Shown in pieces: positions 35,675 through 49,482 of a DNA stretch of 64,000 nucleotides. Origin of the DNA: Stegostoma tigrinum (lineage: Eukaryota); assembly GCF_030684315.1 (NCBI RefSeq), contig NC_081394.1, positions 13,312,658-13,376,657 of the forward strand. Reading direction: 5' to 3'. Each line of letters starts with the position of its first letter. Position 1 is the stretch's first letter. Position numbers and translations under genes: made by a program. Below the pieces are notes generated by a model, which worked only from the letters and a program-made list of their open reading frames with translations, ran no database searches and was not told the DNA's origin.

Positions 35675-38600
35675 GGGTGAAATATTCTGAGTAACAGTTA
35701 AATCGAAAGATTGATGGGGAAGTTTTTGAATGTGAAGAGAATATGTCAATTAGAAAAGAAAGTCGAGAAAGTCAGAAGTTTGTCGTAACTCTGAAGAACA
35801 AAATAGGATTTAAGTCAATGTAATGAATCTGACAGATAAGACTGATGAACACATAGTATGCTAAGAACATGGAATTGGGACATAATATCCCACAGGTGCA
35901 CACAGATGAGAGATAGTCAAGACTGGTGGTTCACTATTCTGGATTTAGATGCTTTCAAAGGTAAAGGGGAAGGGCGTTGTTGCATTTTTGATCAAGGAAC
36001 ACATTAATATGTTCAGCCGAGAACGCATCTCTGAAAAATCTGCCTGTGAAAATATATGGTAGAAATTAGATATAAGAAAGGTTTGATAAGCTTGATGGAT
36101 TGCACTTTCATCCCACTCCCCCAAAAAAAAATTCTAAAAGAGATACCGAGAAACAAACATGCCAAGAAATCTCAGGTCTATGTAAGCATAGTAATATTGT
36201 ACTGGTGGTGGGGGGGTGGGTTCCAATTTATCAAACGTTGACAGGACTACCACAGTGTCAAAAGTTTGGATGGTGAAGAATTTGTCAAATGTGCTCAAGA
36301 ATGTATTTTTTTTCATCAGTGTGTGGATACTCCTAACTACAGAAGTAGGAAAACTATACGTCCTTTTGGCAATAAAGCAGGACAGGTGGCTGAAGTAAAT
36401 GTGGGGAAATACTTTGAGTCCAGTGATCTTACTTCTATGAGTTTCAAAATGTTTATGGAGGATGATAAGCCTTCTATAAAAGTTTGGATTTTTAATTGGA
36501 CTTAGGCAGATTTTAAATGTATGAGACAAGAACATTAAGAGTTGATCATAATGGACTGTTTGCAGGTTATATGATGTCTGACAAATGGGAAGCCTTCAGG
36601 ACTGTGATGACGAAGGTTCAGAGGCACTATGTTCTACTTAGAGTGAAGGATAAGGGTGTAATGATTAAGGAGCAATGTATGAATAAAGACATTGAAATTC
36701 TCGTTAAGAATAAAACCTAATCTTAATTTAAACATAAAGGTCAAGGAGGTCGCCTATGTATTCAAACTCAGGAGATGGGAGATATACGAAATGAATATTT
36801 CACATCAGCTTTTACTGTGGAGGAAAATGCGGTCTAGAAAATGCAGAGAGATAATTTTTGATGTTTTAAAAGCAGTTCACATTACATAAGATGGACTTCA
36901 GGAGAATTTAGTGAATAATGTGGATGAATATCCAAGGCCTAATACGGATATTTGTTCCAGAATGTTGCCAGAACGACGGGAGGAAATTGTAAGAAGCCAT
37001 GCAGGCATATTCCATAGATGCCCTACAGCATGGAAACAGGTAATTCGGCACAAAATGCTGAAACTGACTCTCCAAAGATCCGATCCAAATTTACCCACCT
37101 ACCTCATCTCTGCAACACCGCATTGCCTATGGCTAATCTACACATCCTTGGACGCTAGATGAACTTTAGTACGGCCAAAGTGGCCGATCTGCACATCTTT
37201 GGGCTGTAGGAGAAAACCAGAGCACCGAGAGGAAACCTATGCAGGCATGGAAAGAAAATTCAATTTCCACACAGGCAGTTGACAGATGCTGGGATTGAAC
37301 CCAGGTCCATGATGCTGTGAAGCAGCAGGGTTAATTGGTGAGTCACTGTGTTACCTCATTTGTATTTTCTGGAAATATGGTTGAGTAGGCTGAAGACTGA
37401 AGTGTGGATAATGTTGTAAGCGGAATCTGGAGAACTGTATACCTGTTAATCTGAATTATTGGAGTGTTGCAGAAGATCAGATTTATACATGTTCAGAGAG
37501 GCAAAGTTTGTTGAGGAATAGTCAACATATGTTTGATTGAGGAAAACCGTGTCTCTTGATTGAGGATTTGTCTTTCTTGAAATACTTCATTGAGCATTTT
37601 CGAGCAATTTATCAAAAAGATTGATGAAGCAGAGCAGTAGATGTTGTTTAATTTTCTCGAGTAAAAACTTTGATGGGCTTTAACGTGGTGGATGAATTAA
37701 TGAAATTCAGAAGCGTAGGATTCTAGGTGAGCTTGCCATTTGGTAAATAATTGGCTTACTGGCAGGAGACAGAGCGTGGTAGTGATGTGTTGGTTTTTGG
37801 GCTGAAGCCTGTCAACAGCGGCATTCCTGAGGGCTGTCTTATATTTCCTGTTTATTAAATTGATTTGAATGAGAATATAGAAGATATGTTTAGTAAGGTT
37901 GTGTACAACAGAGGAGAAAGTGAATGAAGTTCTCTAAGTTTACAAAGAGATGTTAATCAAATGAACCAATGGGGTGAAAATGGCAAATCGAGTTCAATCT
38001 GTACAAATGTGAGTTACGGTATTTTGGTACCACAAAAACTGGCAGTGCCCATTTAAATAAGTGGAGGGCCGAGGGCGACTTGTAGAATAAAGGGACCTAG
38101 GGTTTCAGTTGTACAATTCTTCAAAGTCTGCGTCACATACAGACAGAGTGGTTAAAAAAAATTGGCAAAATTGCCTTCAGTGTGACGTTCTTTGAGTAAA
38201 GCAGTTAGGAAGTGATGTCAAGGAGATTTGCGAGGCTTCTTCTGGAGTACTACGTCTGGTTTTCGTCGTCCAGTGACAGGATGATTTTATTTAGTTCAAA
38301 AAGTTTCGGAAGAAATCTACTCGCATGTTGATGTGCATGGAAGGTTTGAGTTGCAAAGAAAGACTGGATAAGCTGGGACATCTTCCCCTGGAGGACACTA
38401 AATTGAGAGATGACCTTGTAAAAGCTTATAAAACATGACGGGTACAGATAGAGATAATCTTACTTGCTTTTCCTATTGGTGGAGGATTTCAAGACGAGGG
38501 AGCACATTTTTAAAGTGGGAGGGGAGAGATATACAAAAGGAATGGGCCTCTTAAACAAAGATGGTGGTTCGTTTGTGGAATGAACTTCGTAAACAAGTGG

Positions 38601-38772
38601 TGGATGTGGGTACAATTACAACATTCAAAAGACGTGTGGATATGTGCATGATGTGGTAGGCTTTGAGGGACGTGGGTCAGGAGCCAAATAGCTGGACTCA
38701 TTTTACATTTTTTCGCCATGGAGTAGTTGAATCAAAGAGGCTGTTTTCATGTTGTACATCCCAGTGACTCTA
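35675..38772 (+). mobile_element. Older, heavily decayed CR1 LINE
   Basis: Endonuclease remnants 35820-36500, RT remnants 37400-38300, and C-terminus/3' UTR 38350-38770 (GAATCAAAGAGGCTGTTTTCATGTTGTA). Confidence 0.85.
37050..37356 (-). mobile_element. V-SINE (HE1-like) inserted in the old CR1
   Basis: CTGCACATCTTTGGGCTGTAGGAGAAAACCAGAGCACC..GGGATTGAACCCAGGTCC..GCTGTGAAGCAGC is the reverse complement of the V-SINE domain and B-box. Confidence 0.85.
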
Positions 38773-40989
38773 CCACAATAAGTGGTGCTGTCACGGGATT
38801 CTACCCAGTATATTATCGGGCTAGTGTTGGGTCACAGCTGACAAATGGACAGCAAAGCCCAATTGAGGGTGTTTCCCAGACTTTGGTTGAGGTCAAGTGC
38901 AAATACATTCAAAAAGGAAAGGACGTTTAAATGAACATCTGTGATGTGGGGACGTTCCAACAATATATTTGCACAGGAATCACAGAACAAAATCCCTGCC
39001 AGGGCTTTTTAAACAGGTAAGGCATTGCCGTCCATAGCTTGAGGTCAAATATAGCAGTTGGGTTTCATTAAAAGCGGGTACAATCCTGTATTGGCACAAA
39101 GACCCCGGAGGCCACATGGCAAATGTTGATGCCTTGAGCCACCTCCTACTATCAGATAGAGACCAGTCATGTCAGCACAGGAAGAGATGATTCTGGTTTT
39201 AAACATTTTGAACAACCTTCCAGTCACCACTGACACTATCACACTGTCGGAACAAAGATAATATTCTGTACTGGGAAGACCAAAAGACCAAGTAGTGATG
39301 TGTATGATGTGAGCAGTCATCACAAACAGAATTGAAACATTTCTTGATATCGTGACACCAGATGACATTACAGGGTTTAGCTGTGGAGAGCAACAGTGAC
39401 TATCTCGAGAAATGGTAGTCATTAGATACTGGCTAAAATCCACCAAGGTCATCCAAGGATGTCCAAAATTAAGATCACCGTGAAAAATTGTGTCTGGTGG
39501 ACAGCATAAGATGCACATGCATGTTTGTGAGGTAGTGCGTGGAATGCTGACAAGGACAACAATTACTGACAGCAGCTCCCTCACATTCGCAAGAATGGTG
39601 GGTAAAGGCTGGACTCACTTGATTCACTTAAACATCTACTATGTCAAACCTTTCATGGACTCAACATTTGTAATCAATGCGGGTCAAATTGTGTGAACAT
39701 GCACAGATGCTTTCTTCATACCACAAGGGAGATGATCGAAATTCGGTGAGGAATTTTACGATACATGCTCACCAGAATTGTTGATTGTAGACAATGGGCG
39801 AACATTTACTATCAAGGAATTCAAGTATTTCCTGAAGTCAACTGCCATCCCATATATAAACACACATCCATGCCATCCACCGACCGATGTCCTGATGGAA
39901 AGCACGTGTCAAATTTTGAAGGTAGGTCTTAGGACATCACTTACAGCTTCACTCGAGACCAAACTGTTCTGGTTACTAGTTGATTTCCAGATGACCCCTT
40001 GGAACCACAGGAATTGTTCCAACAGTCAGTAATTGGGAAAAGGCTCTTCACCAGCTAAAATGTGATCTTCGGAATCTCGGAGAGAAGCAGTAATGGCATC
40101 AGGATTGCCAGTGCTAGACCTTATGAGATAAAATCTTATAGAAGAGAGGCAATAATGTTTGAGTACAATGCTGTAGGCTTAATGCAAAAATATCTAATTT
40201 GTTGTATTTCGTACTAATTGTTCATCATCATTTTATTGATTTTCTGTGTATCTTGGAAGATGTATAAAGCATATGACAAAATTGTGCCTCAGAGAAAAAG
40301 AAAATTGGTAAGATATTGTAAATTGGCTTGTAAATTTGCTTACATTTATGGGTGTGTTTTTGGCAAGTTCAACGACCTAAATGACATTTTACATAATGCA
40401 AGTGAAGTTGTGCATTGCTGAGAATACATTGTTGTGAATCTCACCACTCTTTCGAGAAGAAAGCAATGCAGAGGTAATGGTAATCAGATAAGTTTTTGAA
40501 TCAAAAATGTGGATGTGGAAGATATTAGAGAAGGCTGAATATGGGGGAAATGATAAGAGTATTTATCTTGGGCTATTATCTGAAAGGAACTACACTGACT
40601 CATTCACGTCTGCTGAGAGCTGGAATTGCAGGAAGCCAGGAACTGTTGTCTATACCAAATAAACACGAAATATTCACGAATGGGCAAGAGTACAGGTAAT
40701 TCAAATAAGATGTATACTACACACAGAGACCTGAGTATAAAGCAAGCTTGGAGACTAAATCTGCAAGAGGTGATATACATCAGTAGGTAGATGATAGCAT
40801 CATAAAGAGTCTTATCGTGGCCAGCTGCTGACTTTCCTGGATAAGAACGTTTGGGTTGGTAACAGAACCCAGGGTAGTGAAAGATGATGACTGAGACATC
40901 TTGAGTAGTTAAAAAGCTTACTTGATTTGTTTAAGTGTTTCATGCATTAATTGGTGTGTGTAGAGCTCTTCATCTGTGGATATACTGTT

Positions 40990-43080
40990 GTTGCATAGAC
41001 CCAGATACAATTCCTGACAGCCTTTCGTAAACACTGGTACCACATTAGCCAAGCTCCAATCTCCTGACACCTCTGCTATCGCGGCTGATTAAACAAATAT
41101 CTCAGCAAGGCGCCCAGAAGTCTCTCCCCTCGTTTCCACAATGTTTCGGTAAACATCTGATAAAGTCCCAAAGATTTATCGACTCTTCTGAATTTTAAGG
41201 CTTCTGGCAGGCATTTTTCTGCAATCTGAATGTTTCCCGAGACATATTATTTACTTTCCCAAGTTCCCTCGCTGTAATTTCTACTGTCCAGTGAATATTG
41301 ACACAAAATTTTCATTTAGTGCCTCACTCCTGTTGTTCCACACATTGACGGCTGTGTTTATCTTTATGGAGCCATGTTTTCTCCCAAGTTACTCGTTTAA
41401 ACTTAATGTTCTGACAGAATTACTTTAGGCCTTACTCAACTCTATTATTCAAAGCAATTTCATGTTCCCTTTGCGTTTCTTATTACCATCTTATGTATAC
41501 TGCCCTTTTACACATGTCAGGATTTGCCCGATTCTAGCTGGCTATATGTGATATCTGACTTTTTTTTTTCTGAAGAAGGGTCTAGGCCTGATACCCCAGC
41601 CTTCCTACTCCTCTGATGCTGCTTGGCCTGCTGTGGTCATTCAGCTCTACACTTTGCTATCTCAGATTGTACAGCATCAGCAGTTCCTATCAGTTCTGAT
41701 ATATGCTTCCTGTTTTTACTTGATCTGAGCCTCAATGTCATTAGGCATTCAGCATTCCCGAAACATACCAGTCTTGTTTTTCATACTAACAAAAAAAGGT
41801 TTGTCTCTTTGCACTCTTTACTTCATTTTAAAGGCATCACTCTTTCCAACTGTCACTTTCCTGCGAGTAGCCTCCCCCAATCAAATTTCAAGCTGTCAAA
41901 GTTGACCTTACTCAACTTCAGAACCTTAAACTTTTCATCAGTTATATCATTTTCAACAACTATGGTAAAAATACTAGGAATATAATTGCGTTTCCCAAAG
42001 TGTTACACCACTGACATGTCAGTCACTCACCCTGCGCTGTTTTATACAAAAAGGTCGAGAATTGCTAATTCTAGAGTAGATGTATTCATTTGTAGAATAA
42101 GAAAGTTTTATTTTGTACACTTTTAATAAATTCCTGCCCACCCCAGTCCTTAACACAATGACAGTTCCAGGTTTCTTGGGTGGGAAATTTATTATCCCCT
42201 ATTATTAAAAGCCTATTATTCTTACTGTTATCTGAATTCCACTTATATGTTTGCTTTTCAGTTACCACTGTCTATTGGATGCCTAAAATAAAATCTCAAC
42301 AAAGTCATCGTGTTATTCTTATTTCTCAATCCACCCAATAACTTCACTGGAAGTACTGTCAGGAAAATCCTCCTTCTGTTATGACTAGAAAAAAATGCCA
42401 CCAACTCTCCTCACGTTTGTCTCTTTCTACATCATTTACATATCTACATCATTGAACGCTAAGCTGCCAGAACAACCATCCCAAAGCCTAATTTCTGTAC
42501 TAACTATGATACCTAAGACCCATTTTCCCAACCATCCTCTAAGTTGATCTGTCTTGCCTGGGAGGCATCATGCATCAAAAAGGTGCAGTTTAAGTTATCA
42601 GTATTACATGTTCTTTGCCAGAATGCCTGCCTTGATTATTTCACATCTTATCCAAATTAACAGCATCAGTCCTTTCACTTTTTCAGCAACACTTTGGTAA
42701 TCACCAACCACCCAATCGAAAACCCGCTGCCGTGCCTTACCAGTTTACAGCCTTAACCTAGCACTAGCAAATCTCCCACTAAAGATAATTGTCCCGTTCC
42801 TGTTCATCTACAATGTAGGTACCACTTCTAGCGGTCAACCATCCAGTTGATTTTATGTGCCGTTTTTCTATCTTCCTGAAACTGCGGTCCATCATGCGCC
42901 ATTGCATTTGTAATCCCCTTATTGCCTCTCATTGCAACTCAACCTGATTTGTGTAGCCTGGTTGGATTTACCACAAAACACTGGCTACAGACATAGTCTT
43001 CTGAAACATTTAAATAATCTATCATCTCCCATATTTGATGCCAAAAACACATCACTCTATTAAGAGGCACATCGGCAACT
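40990..43080 (-). mobile_element. Old CR1 LINE 5' portion (endonuclease / ORF1 remnants)
   Basis: Minus ORF 42086..42268 LLIIGDNKFP ~ VVGDFNFP; remnants homologous to 33000-34000 in reverse. Confidence 0.7.
41570..41700 (+). mobile_element. Penelope-terminus short element inserted in the old CR1
   Basis: CTGAAGAAGGGTCTAGGCCTGA...TGATGCTGCTTGGCCTGCTGTG...CAGCAGTTCCTATCAGTTCTGAT. Confidence 0.85.
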
Positions 43081-44129
43081 TTAACCATGAACACATCCAG
43101 TAATTACCTAAAGACAGTTATGACACACGAAAACCAAACAATCAGCTAATCAGCATCAAAAGCTAAAGGTTCAATGTAGTTTTAGACAATGATTCATATT
43201 CCTAAATTACAAAGAATTTCTAAAACTCCTGATACATCATTCCCTGCAATGTAGTTGCATATTAGACCTTCCACTTCAGTTGTGAAATTGCACTGCTTGT
43301 TTTTTATTTCGGTGATGTCCCAAATCAAGAGATCAAATGAAATTTATCAGTCAGACAGTTTCGAAACTACACTTGTTATCTGATTCATAAATAAAACCGA
43401 TCCCTGAGGCTTATCATCAAAGCCACGAAGTGTTTTAGGTAGTTATTATGTGCTCGTTTATGTCTTATCTCTCACTTCAATTTCAGATAAAGTTCACTGC
43501 TTGTATTTTGTTTTTTTTTCAATAGGAATGAAAATGCATGTTTCTTTATGTGATTGTACTGGTGAATGCTGGAAGTGCATTTACAGAAAAATCTCCAGCA
43601 TGTTCTTTGTCCAATTTTGACAAAAATAAATTCAAGTCATCATCTCATGAAAACGACCACTTCTAACTATTGCACTGATTCCATTTTTAATTTCAATTGC
43701 TAGCCCTCCCACTAAGTCAACTTTTTTGCCTTGGCTTAATGACAAATACCCCTTGATATTCAGGGAAAAATATCCTTTTCCTTTTGAGCACGGAAAACAC
43801 GGGGTAGTGTAGGTAGTAGTCTGTTGTACTGGCACAGACTAGTTGGGTGAAATAATCTCTTCTTTGTTGTTTGAATCGAGAATTTAAGTTTGGATAGGTA
43901 CCAACAAATATACTCATTGCAATTTTTGCATTTTTTTTGTTTATTCCTCTGTGGAGACATACCATACATTAGAATCATAGTCAAAACATCAAAACTTTAT
44001 TGCATCATGCTTGAGACATCTTTCTGAGATATCATTTTGGTGGCACACGTTTTTTTCACAAATCTCGAATGCCTGACAGCCTGCCTCTGCCAAATCATCT
44101 ACATATACATGAGTCACAACAGAGATGCA

Positions 44130-44792
44130 GTTAGGGATGATCATGAAGAAGGCATTTGATATCCACAGCCTTTCTTGGTTAGTGCGTTAAAAGCCAGAGT
44201 TGGGAAATCTTGATGCGGCTGTGCAAGACACGAGTTAGTTTTCTTTGGAACAGAGTATACACTTCTGTTCTCACAGTTACTGATAATATCTTATGACACT
44301 TGAAATACTTTTGAAGAGATTTACAAGAATGTAGCTATGGTCAGAGGCCTTGAACTATATGGAGAGGTTGTCCAGGTTAGGGCCACTTTCTCTGTAGCGT
44401 TGGAAGCTCAGAGGTGGCCATATGGGTATATAAAGACATGAAGGACATGGTTGGGTTGAACTATCAGGATGCTTTCCTCAGAGTAGTCGAATTCAAAGCC
44501 AGACATCAAACATTTAAGATGCGCAAAAAAAAATTATGAAGGATGAACGATGAACATTATTATGCAGAAGCTGGTGCATTTGTGGAATTAGCTGCTCGAA
44601 GAGATGGTGGAAGCTGATAAAATTGCAGCATTTAAAATACGCGTGGATGGATATACGAATACGAAACGTTTAGACTGATATAGGTGAAATGCTGAAAAAT
44701 AAATATAGTTTAATTCAGAGTATCTGGTCGACATGGACGAGTTGGATCGAAGGGCCTGCTTCCACGCTGTACATCTTTATAATTTTATGACT
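44130..44792 (+). mobile_element. Decayed CR1 3' fragment
   Basis: ORF2 C-terminal remnants and 3' UTR GACGAGTTGGATCGAAGGGCCTGCTTCCACGCTGTA. Confidence 0.8.
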
Positions 44793-47700
44793 GTATGGCA
44801 GAAACTTTCTGGGCTAAAACATACGGGACCTCAGAATCGCTCACGAACATGGAAAGAGAAAGGTCATTTGAATAGTTCTGTGCATGCCAGATTGTTATGT
44901 CCAGAATTGCTTGTACGCTGCCCCCTTAAGACAGCGATCAGGTGACCTAGAGATGGAAGTTAGGAGGAACAGTCTTAAAATCGACAATGGAAAAAAGACA
45001 GCTGCAATAAAGCACACCCCCCTGCAAGTTTATCTTTGTCTGCCTGATGGTCTATTTATGGTTTCAGTGAAGCACAAAATTAACCCTTGGATTCGCCAGC
45101 AGCATCTACCCATATGTGCAAACATCTTTCTTGTCAGAAAGAAGGAAGTCTTCCTAAATTTGGAAAATGCCACTGGTTTGTGGATGTTACGTATACGGAA
45201 CTGCAAGTCAGGGGTTTTGTGCTACAGTTGATATCAGCGAGGAATGAGATCCACTGGAGAGCAGCGATTGTGTCTGGATTGAAGATACAGCCAAATGTTG
45301 AAGAGAGATGCACTCACCCGAGAGCTCACTGAAGTCGACACAGAGGGCATTCGCAAAGGGACTTAGCCTCGGACTGATTCCAGTTAAGAACGATATAATA
45401 ATATAGCTGATGAAGCAGTGGCCAAAGTGGAAAGCATTCATTGAGGAGACTGCGACTGTGAAAGGCTACGAGACTTGAGTGGCAATAAAATGATCCTGTG
45501 GGTGCACATCAAATTGGATGTTCAGTCTGGAGAACTGGGATCCTTGCTGAAGAAACAGAAAATTGATTTCTGTATACTGAAATTTCTAATGCGTACAAAA
45601 ATGTGTTCGAACTCGCTGAAGACATAAGGGCCTTAATTTTCTTGAGTAGTATTGGGAGCAATGCCGACATGTTTCTTAGACTTTCGGTGCTCTGAGACGA
45701 GACCATACAGAAGAAATACGAAGAACGATGAGAGGGTCTGGGAAATTAGTTTGCACCAATTCTAATGATGATTGTGAAAGGTTTCTCCTTTTTCTTACAT
45801 ATAAATGTGTGCAGCATGAAGGTCTATTACCCATGTTTTGCCCACATTAAATACGTTAACACAGCATTTTAATATTGAAGGGCTCCTCCAATTTACCTGG
45901 AGGAACCGTTTGGCTTGTTAACTCGACACAACACTACTGACTGGGAGTTATAAAAAAGGAGATACCTCAATGTCAAGGCACTTTTCAAAATTGCAACCTC
46001 AATTGTGTCAGCATTCAATGGCGCAACATACTTCAGTGATGACGTCCTGATGTATAAAGTAATGGAAACTCAACAGAGGGTGCTACTAATCATAGAAAGC
46101 CGTCACTGAGCCAAGGCTGGGCATAAAGAGGCAACGTGTTTGGATTCGAGGAATTCAGTGGCACAGGTGTACCAAATGGGGCATATTACCCAAAATTGCC
46201 CAAGGCAAGTCAAGGAACAGAAAGAGATTCTAAACAAAGAAAAAGCTCCCTTCATGTATATCCAAGGAACAGTTCAGAAACAATTATTATCCTATTTAAG
46301 GGCAAGAGGAAGCTGATGTGTTGTGGATCGAATTAGATTGGTTACACTACTTAGCTTCAAACAAAACAAATTTTTCTTCTTAATTTACAGCTAAAATGTA
46401 AACTAAAGAAAAGAATGAAATATGTTAAGGTTATTAAACTTCACAGAATACTAGTTTATTTATGTACTAAACTGTAACATCTCATTAACACACCTTTCAA
46501 AAAGGCACAAACAAAGAATCAGATTGTCTCACATGCACTTCTGATAATAGAGAAAACTCCAGTTTGTTTTTGCTGTAGCAACATCAGCTTCAAAAAATCC
46601 CATCAACTGTTTTGTATTTCTTCAGAAAGTTACTCAGTCAAGCAATCAGTCTGCAAAAAATTGGCATGAACTTCCGATTAAAAATAAAAATCAATCCCAT
46701 GGTAAGAGGTACTTCCTATTTGCTTGATGGTATGTGAAATTACCCAGTAAACTTTATTTTCACATGCCATGGGGCCATTTGTCCTTTCCATTAACATGCT
46801 CTAGGAATCGAACTTGGACTTCTGCAAACTAACTCTTAACCGGTTTTATCACTGAGACCACTTCCTGAAGTGGACAATATAACTCTGCCAAATATTAGAA
46901 ATGTTCCTTACATGTGTGAGGAGATTGTCTAGAAACATGGTGTAATTAGGTAACAACGAAATGTACTGTTGGTTAGTCTTTCAAACGTGGCTGGCACATC
47001 CCTCATACTACATGCCACATATTTAAACTGTTCCAGTTCATTTGGTGTCACAGAATGCTGCATTTCCTTCACTCGTTTGGAGTAAGGTACCTACCAGGCT
47101 CTTTGAGTGAGTCAGATTTATAAATATGAGTTGCTTGTACCACGATCTCAATGTAATATTCCCGTTATTGAATTGTACATGAACCAGAGTTCGTAACTGC
47201 ATTGATTTTGCGATAATTCACACATAATCATCGGGGACCACTTTTTTTACACTATTATTATGTTTGAGGTCCAGTTGTTTCAATTCACTTAGATTATGTC
47301 AGCTCTTCTTTCAATTTATTTTAAAAGCTATGGCAATTGTACAGATTTAAATCTCTGAGGAGTTTTCTTAATTGGAACAAGATTACCAATGACTATATCA
47401 TGCATTATCAGTGCCACTTCGCAATTTATTCCCATATATTTCTCCTTCTGACTGTAATAATTCTTTTATATCATTTCGATCTTCCTCTGGAAAGTAAATC
47501 AATATTTATCCCAACTTTTGAAGACTTCCTCTTTTTTCCAAAATAATTTGAGGGATGTCTCAGTTGAATTATTTTAACATTCTTCTTAAACCTGTTTTGT
47601 AGACATTAACACATTCTCCTTTTGCTGTCCTTCTCTACTAGTATATACTGTGCGCATTTTCATACATGCACTTTGTGAGATTCCCTTCTATTTGTCGTGT

Positions 47701-48633
47701 TTATCAAACATTTCACCTCACTCAATTATCTTTCGATCTGTTAAGGCCAACTAAATCTCGACTTCAAGGACCCACCTGCTACTGGCTGTAAAACTAGCAC
47801 TTCATCTCCACAAGAAAAAAAAACATGATTTTTTTTAAAAATGTATTGCCTCCTTCCTGTTTTATCACAGGTTGTGCTACTTTGAAATGTTGTCTAACCA
47901 ATTCATGCACTCTATTTAATTACTTTATTTTTCCTAAAATGTGAAACTTAGAAAAGAAAAGATGTTATCTCTGAACTCTGACTCATAAATTCTTCCTTAA
48001 AAAAAATCAATGTCATTTCACCTCATGTCCACAATTTAATTCATATTTAGCCGATTCAGTTGATTCAATAGATACACTCTGAATTATAAAATGTACAAAG
48101 GGAGCTTGTTTATCATAATCATTTGAATCGTCAAAACTATCAGGCATCGTCATTGTCTTTAAAATTTGCCACCATCGTTCTAATGTTATTTATGATTTCA
48201 GAGTGTTAAGCAGTTAATGTAAATTGTTTAATTCCTAAACAATCCATAACTTCCTTGAAAATCTGATGTAAAATTTGAAAAAAAACAACATCCAAATGCA
48301 TTTCTGTGTGTAATATGTGTCTAGTTTTTTAAAAAAAGAGTAATGCTTTGGCAATCTTCATTCTTAGCCATGATACAGTGTACTGAGATGGCCTGCGGAA
48401 ATCTAGTAGGCACATGCATTATGATCAGCAAATACTGGTTCCCATGTTTTGTTTGAGGTACTGTTTTTTGCATGATCAGTTAAGACTGTTGGAAAAGATT
48501 CACTAAATGTGGGAATGTGTAATAGCTGTGCAGGGTTTATCATTGCCTGAGGTTCCTACATTTACTGACTTTTGTGGCGAGTCCAACAAAATTCAAATAC
48601 ATCTTGTTGCAGCCCTGGCAAAGCTAAAATCTG

Positions 48634-48844
48634 AGATAACAAAGTGTGGAGCTGGATGAACACAGCAGGCCATGCAGCATCTCAGGAGCACAAAAGCTGA
48701 CTTTTCGGTCCTACACCCTCTCTGATGAAGGGCTAAGGCCCGAAACGACAGCTTTGTGCTCCTGAGATGCTGCTTGGCCTGCTGTGTTCATCCAGCTCCA
48801 CACTTTGCTCTCTTGGATTCTCCAGCATCTGCAGTTCCCATTAT
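48634..48844. mobile_element. Palindromic Penelope-derived hammerhead-like element; 15-bp TSD
   Basis: Inverted arms centred at ~48720; CTGATGAAGGGCTAAGGCCCGAAACGAC at 48722; TSD CAAAGCTAAAATCTG at 48619-48633 and 48845-48859. Confidence 0.92.
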
Positions 48845-49039
48845 CAAAGCTAAAATCTGTTTTTTTTTTTCTTTCTTTCTTTTTTCACCCCTTTTGCCTT
48901 GAGTATTCCTTTATCGAACTAGTGCCAAATGTGCTATCTGGAACATTTCCCTTCTATGAGCCATTGGTAACACAACTTGAAGAAATTCTGATTATTCCTC
49001 ATCCAGCTCAAAGTGTGCTGGCTACCACGTCGTCATTGT

Positions 49040-49259
49040 TGTAATCGTTGAAACGTGGTCACCCAGGTTGACTGAATGGGACTATCAATCTGTCATGATT
49101 GGGACTATCAAACTGGTCTGATCAGGCAGCCCTGCCTGGTAGATATGAACCAGAGCATCAGAACTCCTATTCATTCTCAGAACTGGCTGTGATGAGCTGG
49201 TTTAGTATTAAGACACTTCACGTGCAAATAAAGATTAATTCTTCTCAAGAGTTATTTCA
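49040..49259 (+). mobile_element. Probable short solo LTR
   Basis: Starts TGTAAT, AATAAA at ~49227, ends TTATTTCA; internal TGGGACTATCAA duplication. Confidence 0.4.
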
Positions 49260-49269
49260 GTGCTACCAA

Positions 49270-49482
49270 AAGAAATGGAAACCGTTGCCAAAGGAGATGG
49301 TGGAAGCAGACAGTATAGCAGTTTTCAAAAGAATTTGGATGAGTACCTGAATAGGAAGAGAATGGGCTGGTATGGATCCTGTAATTGAAGACAGTTCTGA
49401 TATGGAACGACAAAATGTGTTTGTGCCAGTTTGGACGGCTGTAGGGCCTGTTCTTGTGCTGTAATGGTCTTTGTTCTTTGAT
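49270..49482 (+). mobile_element. CR1 3' UTR fragment
   Basis: GGAGATGGTGGAAGCAGACAGTATAGCAGTTTTCAAAAG..TTGGAT...GGGCCTGTTCTTGTGCTGTAATG. Confidence 0.75.

Larger units (their letters stand above)
31880..40100 (+). mobile_element. Decayed Gypsy element (K02A2.6-like pol) split by two CR1 insertions
   Basis: Protease GSVPSLMARNLLRNV (ORF 31958..32263); RT 32340-32950 resumes at 35430 (LELRTFLGILN); RNase H resumes at ~38780; INT HQGHP (~39441) and LIVDNGRTFTIKEF (ORF 39778..40032). Confidence 0.85.

Noticed and set aside
39045-39584. 179-aa minus-strand ORF
   Set aside because: Antisense to a decayed Gypsy RNase H/integrase; no independent coding signal.
40100-40990. 3' LTR of the Gypsy at 31880-40100
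   Set aside because: Has TATA-like and AATAAA motifs, but no matching second LTR or clear termini.
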